Shown: positions 8,851 to 18,252, counted from the stretch's first letter. The stretch is 64,000 nt of DNA from Candidatus Hydrogenedentota bacterium (GCA_963668025.2 CAXXTH010000010.1:640001-704000); one strand, 5' to 3'. Numbers and translations: made by a program. The notes: a model not told the origin generated them from the sequence alone.

Positions 8851-9893
8851 TGAAGATTGACGAATTTGATAGCCACCCATTTCTTGTAAATTTTAAAAAT
8901 TGCACGCTCGACTTCGAGCAGATGCAGGGTGAACTTCCAAAAGTAAAGCAGCACTGCCAGTCGGACTATCTGACTAAGTGCTTACCTTACGATTACAATG
9001 AAGGCGCACCGGCGCACCTTTGGGAGAGCGTCATCGAGCACGCCATACCAAACCCAGCCACACGTCGATTTCTTCAAAAAAGTCTCGGTTACTCCGTGCT
9101 CGGCACCTGCCGCGAGCAGTGCGCGTTCATAGCTTATGGGCCACCCGCGACTTGCAAGAGCACCGTTTTCGGAACCGTACTTCGTCTTCTGGGCCCATAC
9201 GGATCTAGATGCGCCACCCAGGCGCTATTAGAAAAGCCCGTGAATGGCGGAGCGTCACCCGACATTGCAGATCAGCGAGGCGTCCGGTTTCTCCTTGCAA
9301 GTGAAACGCCGGAAAATGGGCGATTAAATGAATCTCTGTTTAAAGAGCTCACTGGCCAGGACCGTATACGAGCGCGTCCGCTGTATAAACAAAGTATTGA
9401 ATTCGAGGCCACCGGGAAGTTGTGGATTTTGACCAACCATAAACCCGTAATCCGCGACACCACCGGAGCAGTATGGAGACGTATACGGCTTATCCCATTC
9501 GATGTTGTTATCCCAAAAAAAGAACGGGATAAAACCTTACCGGACCGGCTCTCGCGAGAATCAGAAGGTATTCTCCGTTGGCTCGTTGAAGGGGCGTGTA
9601 TGTATATGAAAGAAGGACTTGAACCTCCTGAGCAAGTCGAAGTTGAAACGGACAAATACCGCGAACAGCAAGACACGATTGGGCGCTTTATATCCGAATG
9701 CACGATCCAAGAGCAATACAAGCAGGTGTCGAAAACAGCGCTTTACGAGGAATACGAGAGATGGTCGCGTGACAGTGGGGAATATGCCGTGAACAAAAAA
9801 AAGTTCGGCGAGTACCTGTTTGAGCATGGGTTTGATGATTACAAGGGCACTGCCGGAAAGCGCTTCTGGCTAAACATAGGATTGATGGCATGA
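8850..9893 (+). CDS. P4/D5-family SF3 helicase, ATPase part
   Basis: PFLVNFKNCTLD, YGPPATCKST (Walker A variant), FKELTGQDRIRARPLY, TNHKP, WRRIRLIPF. Confidence 0.9.
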   Translation: MKIDEFDSHPFLVNFKNCTLDFEQMQGELPKVKQHCQSDYLTKCLPYDYNEGAPAHLWESVIEHAIPNPATRRFLQKSLGYSVLGTCREQCAFIAYGPPATCKSTVFGTVLRLLGPYGSRCATQALLEKPVNGGASPDIADQRGVRFLLASETPENGRLNESLFKELTGQDRIRARPLYKQSIEFEATGKLWILTNHKPVIRDTTGAVWRRIRLIPFDVVIPKKERDKTLPDRLSRESEGILRWLVEGACMYMKEGLEPPEQVEVETDKYREQQDTIGRFISECTIQEQYKQVSKTALYEEYERWSRDSGEYAVNKKKFGEYLFEHGFDDYKGTAGKRFWLNIGLMA

Positions 9894-9993
9894 GTGGCGG
9901 GAGAGGCGCGTGTTTACATAACTTTCTATATAAATTCCCTTCGCGTAAGGAACTTTATAAAACACGTGCCACTTATGCCACCTTCGCCACTCA
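9885..9993. other. Putative replication origin (inverted iteron arrays around an AT-rich core)
   Basis: 3x (a/g)(t/a)ggc(a/g) at 9-nt spacing, AT-rich centre, 3x (t/c)gccac at 9-nt spacing; cgtgttt/aaacacg inverted pair. Confidence 0.6.
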
Positions 9994-10017
9994 CAACCAA
10001 AAAAAAGGAAACTTACC

Positions 10018-10572
10018 ATGTGCAACGATTACCCAGTTCTATACGGTACCCCATACCGCGACCTAAACAACCATTCCATGATTGAGGTCTGGTGTCCCAC
10101 CTGCCGCGATATGCACCATCACGGATGGCCCGCCGATGCCAAACCCGGCCACCGGGAGCATCGGGCACCGCATTGCCTATCACGTCCCCGTGGTCTTGGC
10201 CAGCCATTCGAGAGCCCGAATCTAGACGGGTATTACATCATGGACGCCCAGGATGCCCCACAGGTTCCCATGGATGCACCGCCGCCCGTGGTGGAAGGGA
10301 GATTATTCAAGCAATGTGGCGAGCTCCGTGTGATGGTGACCGGCTGCCCATTTTGTGGCGGTTCGCATGTACACGGATGGAATCGGCCACAGACGGTATC
10401 GCAGCGGACCTCACATTGCAAATTGCCGAACCGGATTAAAGGCATGATCCACCGGTGGGGCGAATACGAAATCCATCTCAAGAGATCCACCACAGATCCA
10501 CAGCCCCATACGGAGCCAGCACCCAAATCTCTAACCCATTCATCCGCAACGATTTCCGAAGCGGATTTTTAA
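10018..10572 (+). CDS. Hypothetical protein with two CPxC-x3-HxHGW metal-binding repeats
   Basis: WCPTCRDMHHHGW...HC and GCPFCGGSHVHGW...HC. Confidence 0.65.
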   Translation: MCNDYPVLYGTPYRDLNNHSMIEVWCPTCRDMHHHGWPADAKPGHREHRAPHCLSRPRGLGQPFESPNLDGYYIMDAQDAPQVPMDAPPPVVEGRLFKQCGELRVMVTGCPFCGGSHVHGWNRPQTVSQRTSHCKLPNRIKGMIHRWGEYEIHLKRSTTDPQPHTEPAPKSLTHSSATISEADF

Positions 10573-10614
10573 CGTAACCCATTGGTTAGGAACCAAATTT
10601 AAGGAGAAAAACGC

Positions 10615-10902
10615 ATGCATCCACGAATTATCCACAGGAGAACCAAAGACGCCCTTGACGCCCTTAACGCCGCGCTCGGGCAGATCTGTGCCGCGCTCGG
10701 CATTGAGCCCGCGCCGGTTGAGACGGCCAAACCGATGACATTGGCTATGCAGCCCGAATTACGGGAAATGTTCTTCACCGAGGCTGCCGCTATCACCGCC
10801 CAGGCGGCTGCATTGACTCTGGCGCGCCCCGTGGTGGCCAAGGCCGATGAACCAACACCAATGAAAGGAAAAGCCGTCAATGGCCAAAAAACCACATCCT
10901 GA
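10615..10902 (+). CDS. Hypothetical protein
   Basis: AAGGAG RBS; first gene of the coupled late operon. Confidence 0.6.
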   Translation: MHPRIIHRRTKDALDALNAALGQICAALGIEPAPVETAKPMTLAMQPELREMFFTEAAAITAQAAALTLARPVVAKADEPTPMKGKAVNGQKTTS

Positions 10903-11185
10903 TATCACCTCGCTTCGGATGTATATGCGGGCGCATCGAGGGCTTCACGAAGCCGCTGAAATCGTCCTAGACGAGGTGGAGGCCATCGCGCCCCAGGAGA
11001 TCGCCCGTAGCGCGGCGCGCATTCGCCGGGCGCTTACCAGGCTGGCAACCGCCACATTCAGTGAGGCCGTCCGCGGTGCCCAGCGGTGCCCAGCGGGCAA
11101 TCGTGAGGCAAAAGCAGTCTTGGCGGTTGACGGCTTCAAATGGATTGAGCACCGCCGTGGAAATAAATCCCGAGGTGGCGCATGA
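10880..11185 (+). CDS. Hypothetical protein
   Basis: ATGA overlap with terS. Confidence 0.55.
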   Translation: MAKKPHPDITSLRMYMRAHRGLHEAAEIVLDEVEAIAPQEIARSAARIRRALTRLATATFSEAVRGAQRCPAGNREAKAVLAVDGFKWIEHRRGNKSRGGA

Positions 11186-11757
11186 GACGACTGACCGCCA
11201 AGCAAACTGCATTTGTGCAGCACTACTCCATCACCGGCAACGCCACCCAATCCGCCAAGATGGCAGGCTATTCCGGCTCCACCGGCACGCTCAGCGTAAC
11301 CGGCGCGGAGAACCTAAGAAAGCCTAGTATTCAAGAGGCGCTCAGGTCGTTAACCGCACCACTCACGGACAAATTGAATACCAACAGAGCGGCGCGCGTG
11401 GCGTATTTGAGCGCTGTAATGCGAGGCGAAGTGGCCGAAGACGATGGCGCTATTCCCGCCGTTGCCGTCCGCGTGAGGGCTTGCGAAATTCTGGCCCGCA
11501 TCGAGGGTGACATGGTCACTCGCATCGAGGCGACGGTCCAGCGTGCGCCCGATCCGCAGTTCGACCTATCGAAGCTCACACGCGATCAAGTGGTGCTTGT
11601 GGAGTGCCTGCAAACCCGGGCATTGGTGAATCCTGATGAGCATAGTCGCTATCAGATGGCAATGCTACAAGAGGAATTCGACAGATGGCCGGATGAACGG
11701 AAGTTGGCTATTTTTGTGAAGAAACCCGAAATCGGCGAAACTACGAAGGAGAATTGA
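11182..11757 (+). CDS. terS: Terminase small subunit
   Basis: LTAKQTAFVQHY..GNATQSAKMAGYS...GAENLRKPSIQEAL; YLSAVMRGE. Confidence 0.9.
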   Translation: MRRLTAKQTAFVQHYSITGNATQSAKMAGYSGSTGTLSVTGAENLRKPSIQEALRSLTAPLTDKLNTNRAARVAYLSAVMRGEVAEDDGAIPAVAVRVRACEILARIEGDMVTRIEATVQRAPDPQFDLSKLTRDQVVLVECLQTRALVNPDEHSRYQMAMLQEEFDRWPDERKLAIFVKKPEIGETTKEN

Positions 11758-12296
11758 TGATGGCTTATGATGAAAATGGAACACGAATTGATCTACCACC
11801 GGTACAGATGCCGCGTTTCGTGAATGATACCGCCCGGCTTGTGGATGAACAGGCCGAAAAAGCGGGTGTGGCGCTTCACCCTATTCAAAGAATGCGCATC
11901 GTTGAAGATGTTCACGCCTATTGCCAGCAGAAAATCGATCATGGGCGCGCGCCTAGCCCGCAAGAATTCCACGACGCCATTCGTCGCGAAATTTGGCAAC
12001 TGACCCCGGTTGGCCGCAACGTGACGGAAGGCATAAAGCAGCGGCAAGCCGCCGCCGCCCAGGTCGCGGCCAAGCAAGCCGCCGATGCCGCCGCGAAGGC
12101 TGCCGCCGGGATTGAAAACGAAAAACAGGCGTTCCTTGCCAGTGCCCGGCGGGTATGGCCCGGTACTGATACGGATTTTGCCCAGAAAGCTGATGCACTT
12201 TGGGCTGACGAATGCGAGCGCCGCTGTGTCGCGCAGATGACCGGCGCGCAGGCCTGCCCCGCTGGCATACGCCGTGCTTACAAGGGGGCAATCTGA
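11757..12296 (+). CDS. Hypothetical protein
   Basis: TGATG coupling with terS; Ala-rich helical segment. Confidence 0.65.
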   Translation: MMAYDENGTRIDLPPVQMPRFVNDTARLVDEQAEKAGVALHPIQRMRIVEDVHAYCQQKIDHGRAPSPQEFHDAIRREIWQLTPVGRNVTEGIKQRQAAAAQVAAKQAADAAAKAAAGIENEKQAFLASARRVWPGTDTDFAQKADALWADECERRCVAQMTGAQACPAGIRRAYKGAI

Positions 12297-12676
12297 TGAA
12301 ACCTCTCGATTTTGATGATAAAATGTGGCGTGTTATACGTCAAGACGTATGTGGGATCCTTGATGCTGACGCGGCAACCTTGTTTGGGTGTCGGCGCAAA
12401 GACATTTGGAAAGTTGTAACTGAGTATCCTGACCTTTTTGGGCCAGACATGTGTATCCGCCTCTCTGATAAAGAGCGCATCGTAATGGCCAAACAGGTCG
12501 GAATACGTCCGAAAGACACCATGCTTTTTTTCGTTGGCCACGGTGCCATTTATTGCGCACCATATATCGAAACCAAACGCGCACAGACCATCTACCGCAC
12601 CCTTGTGGAGCACTTCACAATTACCGGTATCGCTGAACTAACCGCCCGGCTGGCCGAAGCAACGAAAGGGGTATAA
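12296..12676 (+). CDS. ORF6N (KilA-N-like) domain protein, divergent
   Basis: ILDADAATLFGCRRKDIWKVVTEYPDLFGPDMCIRLSDKE...FFVGHG...ETKRA follows the ORF6N pattern; TGATG coupling. Confidence 0.6.
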   Translation: MKPLDFDDKMWRVIRQDVCGILDADAATLFGCRRKDIWKVVTEYPDLFGPDMCIRLSDKERIVMAKQVGIRPKDTMLFFVGHGAIYCAPYIETKRAQTIYRTLVEHFTITGIAELTARLAEATKGV

Positions 12677-12679
12677 CGC

Positions 12680-15484
12680 ATGGAACTTGGAACCTTAGCC
12701 ATTCGTTTTCAGTCTGACGGCCTAATCCAACTCAATAACGACATGTCGAATCTCCGCACGCAGGCAAATGCGAACTTCGGAGAGATCACCCGTACCGTGG
12801 GCGCAGGCATGACGGCGGCGGGTGCGGCCATCACCGGCGCGCTCGGGCTGTCTGCGAAGGCCGCCAGCGACTTTGGTGCTGGCTTGGCCAATCTTGGTAC
12901 GCTTGGCGTAACGAACCTGGATGAAATGGGTGAAGCTGTCCTGGATTACTCGGTCGCTATGGGGCAGGACGCATGCCAAGCAAACGAAAATCTATATCAA
13001 CTCGTTTCGCGCGACGTTCCAAAAGATAATTTGATCGATGTTCTGACCGCATCCGCTAAAGGCGCGGCAGTAGGCGTAGGCACAGTGAACGACTCGCTTG
13101 TGCTGGGCACTTCAGTATTAAACAACTACTCCCGGGACATGGTAAAAGGCGCGAATTACACAGAAAAGTTTGAGCAAGTCATGGGAATCGCGGCGTCTGC
13201 CATTCAAACAGGCGCTACCACGATGGGAGAGTTGGGCACCACGATTGGGCGGGTGGCCCCTATCGCGTCTAAGGCGGGCATATCCCTGGAAGACCTATTC
13301 GCATCGGTTGCGACGATTACATCCACAGGTACACAGACTAGCGAGGCGGTGTCCGGGCTGAAGGCCGCGATCTCGAACATCATATCTCCGACCAGTGAGG
13401 CCACAAAGGTTAGCGAGGCGCTTGGGCTTCAATTTGATGCGGCGGCCATCAAGTCTAAGGGATGGTCGGGATTCCTGCAAGAGCTGCAAACCAAGGTCAC
13501 TGAGGGCGTACCGAAACTCGGGCAGTATAAAGCGCAATTGCAGCAACAGGCCCAACAGATGGGGCTTACCGCCGAAAAGACCAAGGAATTGCGCACTCAA
13601 TTCAAGTCGCTTGAGGGCGTCTCAAATGACTCGCTCACGGTATTTGCCAACCTATTCCCCAGCGTTGAGGCCTTAAACGCAGCGCTTGCGCTCACGTCTG
13701 AAAGCGGGGCCAAGAAGATGGTTGCCGCTCAGAAGGACATGGCAAACGGCATGGAATTACTGAACGACCGCTACGGTGAGTGGGCAAAGAATAATCCCGA
13801 GCTTGCGTTCAAGCAGTTGAAGGCGGCCACGGCGGCGCTGGCGATTTCCGTTGGGCAGCTATTACTACCGGCGCTCACGAAGATAGTGAATGTCGTCCGG
13901 CCAGTGGTGAATGCGTTCCGAACATTCACGGACCACACAGGGGCGGCGGGCACAGCTATTGTATCGTTTATTGGTGGTGTCGGGTTACTCGGTTTTGCGT
14001 TTGGGCCAGTGATTTATTCCGCAACGAGCCTCGTTAGCGCCCTACGTCTTATTGCGCATCCGTCGCTGATACTGTCGCTGGGGCAAGCCGCCACCGGCGT
14101 GAAATCCATCGGCGTAGCAGCCACGGCGGCGCGTATTCCGATGCTCGCAATGGGCGGCAGCTTGACTGCAACAGCGGCGACCGCAGGCGCGCTTGCAATC
14201 GCCATAGGGGCGGCTGGAACATTTATCGCTGCCGATATCGTGATGTTCAAGAAGTGGCGCGATGCAGTTGAGCAGCGCAAAGAATCAGAGCAAAAACTTC
14301 AGGACAAGATCATTGAGCGCGCCAAGCAGCTCGAGGCCCAGGGCGTGTATATCGATTGGGCAGCCATGAAGGAAATGACCGCCGATCAGCAAGTCATGTA
14401 TATGAACGACCAGAAGGCAGCACAAGAAAAGCAACAATTCCAAGACTGGATGACACGCACTAACCAGAAAGCACTCACCGAAGAACAAGACGCCCAGCGC
14501 CACAACATCCAGCTAAACTGGAACCTAACCAGCGAAGAGGCCTACAACGCCTCACTGTCTGACGCTGACGCCGCCACGAAACTGAAGCTAGTCCAGGCCG
14601 ATGAAACGCACACGCAGCTTATCCTTGAACAACTCGGTATCCGCACAGCCGAAAGCCGCACACAGTTAAGCGAGCAAGCGCAGGCCGCCATTGCGGCTGC
14701 CGAACAGCAGAAGGCGGCAACTGAGACGGTGCTACAGTCACTTGACAAAAACATAGGCGCGATTACAGAACTCGGAACCGTTGCAGAGGCCACCGGAGAC
14801 GCCACGAAGACCGCCACGGAAACTATGAAGGACGGCTTCCAGGAAGCATCCAAAGATGTTCCGAAATACTGCAAGATCATCACGAGCGACAAAGACGGCA
14901 TCGTGATTATCAAGAAGTCATCCGCAGACCTGCGAGAAGAGATCGGCAACGTGCCCGGCGCTATGCGCAACGGCATGAGTGAGGCGGCGAAATACGTAAG
15001 CCAGTATTGCGCAGATATGAACGCCAGTATCCAAGAGGTGATCGACAAACTCAACTCCATAGACCCGTCCGTGCGGCATTCGCCCTCCATAAACGACCGT
15101 ATCGAGGTGGGCTTATCCCAGATGGGCGGCCTATTCAATTCCGCCTTGGACGGGATCACCTCGAAGTTCGCGAGTTCACGGAACACCATGGCCAGCCTGG
15201 CGGCGTCACTATCCGCCATGATGGGCAGCATAGGCTCTACGGGCTACACGGTGCGCAACGGCGACGTGGTGAAATCATCCAGCGCTACAGGCACAACGAC
15301 CGCCCCGGGTGCCGAAGCCCCGATATCGCCCGTTGGCAACACAAACCCTATCGGCATATACCCACCACAGGTGACCGTGAACATCAATCACCCGGTGCTG
15401 CATAAGGACGCGGATATCAACGTGTTGTTATCGAAGATGGGGCAGATGCTCCGCGCGCAGAAACTCGCTAAAGGGGTGGGGTGA
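12680..15484 (+). CDS. Phage tail tape measure protein (TP901-family core)
   Basis: 934 aa; GATTMGELGTTIGRVAPIASKAGISLEDL, SEAVSGLKAAISNIISPT, hydrophobic central helices, RHSPS motif. Confidence 0.9.
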   Translation: MELGTLAIRFQSDGLIQLNNDMSNLRTQANANFGEITRTVGAGMTAAGAAITGALGLSAKAASDFGAGLANLGTLGVTNLDEMGEAVLDYSVAMGQDACQANENLYQLVSRDVPKDNLIDVLTASAKGAAVGVGTVNDSLVLGTSVLNNYSRDMVKGANYTEKFEQVMGIAASAIQTGATTMGELGTTIGRVAPIASKAGISLEDLFASVATITSTGTQTSEAVSGLKAAISNIISPTSEATKVSEALGLQFDAAAIKSKGWSGFLQELQTKVTEGVPKLGQYKAQLQQQAQQMGLTAEKTKELRTQFKSLEGVSNDSLTVFANLFPSVEALNAALALTSESGAKKMVAAQKDMANGMELLNDRYGEWAKNNPELAFKQLKAATAALAISVGQLLLPALTKIVNVVRPVVNAFRTFTDHTGAAGTAIVSFIGGVGLLGFAFGPVIYSATSLVSALRLIAHPSLILSLGQAATGVKSIGVAATAARIPMLAMGGSLTATAATAGALAIAIGAAGTFIAADIVMFKKWRDAVEQRKESEQKLQDKIIERAKQLEAQGVYIDWAAMKEMTADQQVMYMNDQKAAQEKQQFQDWMTRTNQKALTEEQDAQRHNIQLNWNLTSEEAYNASLSDADAATKLKLVQADETHTQLILEQLGIRTAESRTQLSEQAQAAIAAAEQQKAATETVLQSLDKNIGAITELGTVAEATGDATKTATETMKDGFQEASKDVPKYCKIITSDKDGIVIIKKSSADLREEIGNVPGAMRNGMSEAAKYVSQYCADMNASIQEVIDKLNSIDPSVRHSPSINDRIEVGLSQMGGLFNSALDGITSKFASSRNTMASLAASLSAMMGSIGSTGYTVRNGDVVKSSSATGTTTAPGAEAPISPVGNTNPIGIYPPQVTVNINHPVLHKDADINVLLSKMGQMLRAQKLAKGVG

Positions 15485-15905
15485 TGGCGGATAATGCGTG
15501 GATCGAGTGGAACGGCGATGAATGTCTGATTCGGATCAAAAACGCCACCAAAGACAGCATCAAAAAGATCGCGCTGGCCGTCGAAGCACAGGCCAAGGCG
15601 AATATTGAGGAGCCGTTCCTGCATAAGCAAGGCCGTAAGCGCCGCGATGGCCGCGACGCACACGGGCGGTTTTTGGGTAGAGGCGCAAGTGACGAATCCG
15701 ATCTCATGCGCAGCCAGATCGACACGGGGGCGATGATCAATTCCACACGCGCCGTGTTTGACGGCTTGCCTTCCGGCGCAATGGCTGCCGTTATATCACC
15801 CCAGGAATACGCCCCGTACCAAGAAGCTATCCGCCCGTTCCTTATGCCCGCCGTTGATGAGGTCGTTTCAGATAAAGCGGAAGGGATCATTAAGAACCAG
15901 TTTAA
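15484..15905 (+). CDS. HK97 gp10-like tail/neck protein; last 6 codons displaced by IS1380
   Basis: IDTGAMINS, EYAPYQE, RPFLMPA motifs; removing the IS restores ...KNQFKADGID* (stop 17618-17620); present frame runs to 16119. Confidence 0.75.
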
Positions 15906-17596
15906 CCTAAAAAAGGCAGTAGGAACTTGCTTTGGGATTTTTCCAGCCCAATTTTGTAAAGAAATAACTGTCCTGTCCCGCTCTTTACGTTGGCGCCGGC
16001 AGCAGGTTGGGGGTGGCCAGCGGCCTTCCCTCGAGTATTTTGGCGAAGATCCGGCTGAGGATCGTCCGCCATCGTTCGTTCCAGTTCAACTGCCGCGCAG
16101 TTGCTTTCATCTCCAATAAAAAGGCGTTTACGGATTTCAGAACTTGTTCCATAGCATGTCCTTGCGCATGCACGGGGGTGATGGTGAGCGTGGTTTGGCC
16201 TCCGTGGCGGGTCTGCTGTCCCACGCCGTAGAGCAGCAGAGGGCGGCTCGTGATCGCTTCGGCGTGGCGCTCCGGAATCGCCAAGCGCACGTACAAAGAC
16301 CACCAATTGTAAATCAGGGCTATGATTCGCGCCATGATTTGGCAGCGCTTCATATCGTGGGTGGTATACCCGCCCCACCCCCACTGGTTTTTCTGTTCAT
16401 CGTAGATGTTTTCCGCATCGCCCCGGTCGCGATAATGCTGGGCCAAGGCCGATAGGGGGTCTGTCAGCGAAGTGGCCAGCAGCGCGTATTCATACTGCTG
16501 CACGGCTCCCGCTTGGATCTCGATGAGCTGTAGTTGGGGGGAGGGGTCAGGCAATAGCGGCTCCGTTTCCAGAACGATACTCCCTTTGAGCTTGCGCCGC
16601 AGAACGATTACCCGGCGTTTGCTCGTCCATCCCATAAGCTCCAGACGGTCTTCCAAACCTTCCCAGCCTTGGCCTGCTGGCGTCCAGTCCTTAGAACAAA
16701 AGGCCTGCTGGATAAGCCGTTTCACGTTGCTGGTCTGCCGCAATTTGAACAGATAGGGCACTCCGCGCGCTTCGGCTTCGCTCATGTCGCGTTCGTTGCC
16801 GAAGGCGCAGTCGCCGCGAATCATGCCCGGCCAGGCCGCGCGCGGCAAGCCATCGAGAAAATGCCACAATCCAGGCATGGTGTATTTCGCCGCCGTCTCG
16901 TTGCCCGGCCGGACTTCCACGTCCAGCACCAAGCGCGTGTTCGCCATAAAATAGGTATGCAGCACATGAGAAGGACGGCCCTGTTTCGCCGGATTGTAGC
17001 CCAGCACGGCCCCTTCTTGATGGCCGAACAGGGGCTTCACGCTTGTATCCACGTCCAAAATCCAAGGCTCATAAAGCAACGGCTCATAACAGCGGCGCAG
17101 GTGCTTCTGTAGCCAGCCCGCGCAGGCTTCCCCGTCCGCCAGTATAAATGCCCGCCGCGCCGAGGAGGCGCTCATGATCTTGCTCATACCCAGCAAGCCC
17201 GGGTTCACCGCGTCGTAACGGACCGCGTCAATGTGCGCATAGCGGGTGTGGCCCGCCAGCACTGATAAAAATAGCGTGCCCAGCACATCCCTCTTGCGCG
17301 GCGCATTATTGCTGGCGTACGCCAGCGGACAGTCCTCCACCCACGCTTCAAAAAGCTCCGCCGTCTTGAGGAAATCGATAAAGAACGCCAACTGGCCAAA
17401 CGGCGTCGTTGCCGCCTCCCGGTCCCATTCCACATGCACCCGGCCCCCGTAGCTATCTACGAAAATCGGCGCCTCCAAAGACAACCATTCCTCCTCTCCC
17501 AATGGGGGAGCATCTTGCTGTTGCGATTCTGTTTCCATGTTCTTTATCTTGAACTACTTCCTGCTCGACACTCAAGATTCAACTGGCGTTTTTAGG
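15906..17596 (-). mobile_element. IS1380-family insertion sequence
   Basis: Imperfect TIRs CCTAAAAAAGGCAGT / CCTAAAAACGCCAGT; 5-bp TSD TTTAA (15901-15905, 17597-17601); 1691 bp. Confidence 0.92.
15985..17538 (-). CDS. IS1380-family DDE transposase
   Basis: ILDVDTSVK...GHQEGAVLGYNP, IRGDCAFG, YRDRGDAENIYDEQKNQWG. Confidence 0.92.
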   Translation of the reverse strand: METESQQQDAPPLGEEEWLSLEAPIFVDSYGGRVHVEWDREAATTPFGQLAFFIDFLKTAELFEAWVEDCPLAYASNNAPRKRDVLGTLFLSVLAGHTRYAHIDAVRYDAVNPGLLGMSKIMSASSARRAFILADGEACAGWLQKHLRRCYEPLLYEPWILDVDTSVKPLFGHQEGAVLGYNPAKQGRPSHVLHTYFMANTRLVLDVEVRPGNETAAKYTMPGLWHFLDGLPRAAWPGMIRGDCAFGNERDMSEAEARGVPYLFKLRQTSNVKRLIQQAFCSKDWTPAGQGWEGLEDRLELMGWTSKRRVIVLRRKLKGSIVLETEPLLPDPSPQLQLIEIQAGAVQQYEYALLATSLTDPLSALAQHYRDRGDAENIYDEQKNQWGWGGYTTHDMKRCQIMARIIALIYNWWSLYVRLAIPERHAEAITSRPLLLYGVGQQTRHGGQTTLTITPVHAQGHAMEQVLKSVNAFLLEMKATARQLNWNERWRTILSRIFAKILEGRPLATPNLLPAPT

Positions 17597-17659
17597 TTTA
17601 AAGCGGACGGCATAGATTAGCCCGACACCCGGGCGGCCCGTGATGCTACCCGGTTTTAT

Positions 17660-17700
17660 GCCCCCAGCGGTTCGCCCCCAGTGGGCCGCTGGGGGCTTTT
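17660..17700 (+). terminator. Intrinsic terminator ending the satellite late operon
   Basis: gcccccagcggttc...gggccgctgggggc followed by tttt. Confidence 0.75.
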
Positions 17701-18121
17701 GGTGTTTTCTAGGGGATATCCGCCGCACACTTGATCCACTATTGGGTTTATTTTCGGGCTGAATCGAACGGGTCTAAGTGATTAAATATAAACACGTTAC
17801 GTGCATTTTACGCCCTAATCCCGAACGCCTCGGCGGCAATCCGAGATGGGAATGTAGACTTTGGTGCAAGGTTGCACTAAGGTGCCATTGCCACAGTGAA
17901 GCTGGCGGCGCTGTACGCACCGGCGGCGCGGGAGAGGATGGAGGCGACGCAAGCCAATCCAGGCGAAAAAGTAGGAGCTAAGGCTGCTGCAACCTTGCAG
18001 CAACGGATTGACCCCAAAGAAATAACCTATCACTTCGCCCCCCTCACTGGTGAGTAGAATCCACACACCAGGATTCCTTTCAAAATGATCCATAACTGAT
18101 CCATGGAAGAATTTTAACGAT

Positions 18122-18162
18122 AAAAGGCCTCAAGGAACGACTTTTGTAAGTCCTTGAGGCCT
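18122..18162 (-). terminator. Element-supplied hairpin/terminator downstream of tRNA-Val
   Basis: 12-bp perfect stem aggcctcaagga/tccttgaggcct with a short T tract on the minus strand. Confidence 0.6.
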
Positions 18163-18175
18163 AGCGCTTTAAAGG

Positions 18176-18252
18176 TGGTGGGCGGTACAGGACTCGAACC
18201 TGTGACCCCCTGCGTGTAAGGCAGGTGCTCTAACCAACTGAGCTAACCGCCC
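18176..18252 (-). tRNA. tRNA-Val(TAC)
   Basis: GGGCGGTTAGCTCAGTTGGTTAGAGCACCTGCCTTACACGCAGGGGGTCACAGGTTCGAGTCCTGTACCGCCCACCA; cloverleaf, TTCGA loop, encoded CCA. Confidence 0.97.

Larger units (their letters stand above)
3183..18220 (+). mobile_element. tRNA-Val-integrated phage satellite / PICI-like element
   Basis: Flanking att repeats; integrase, xis/AlpA-like HTH, D5 helicase, TerS and TMP all on + strand; no capsid, portal or TerL recognised. Confidence 0.85.

Noticed and set aside
15906-16119. C-terminal part of the 212-aa ORF 15481-16119
   Set aside because: Read-through into the IS1380 end, not native sequence
3183-18220. Complete prophage or tailocin
   Set aside because: No capsid, portal, TerL, tail tube/sheath or lysis genes recognised
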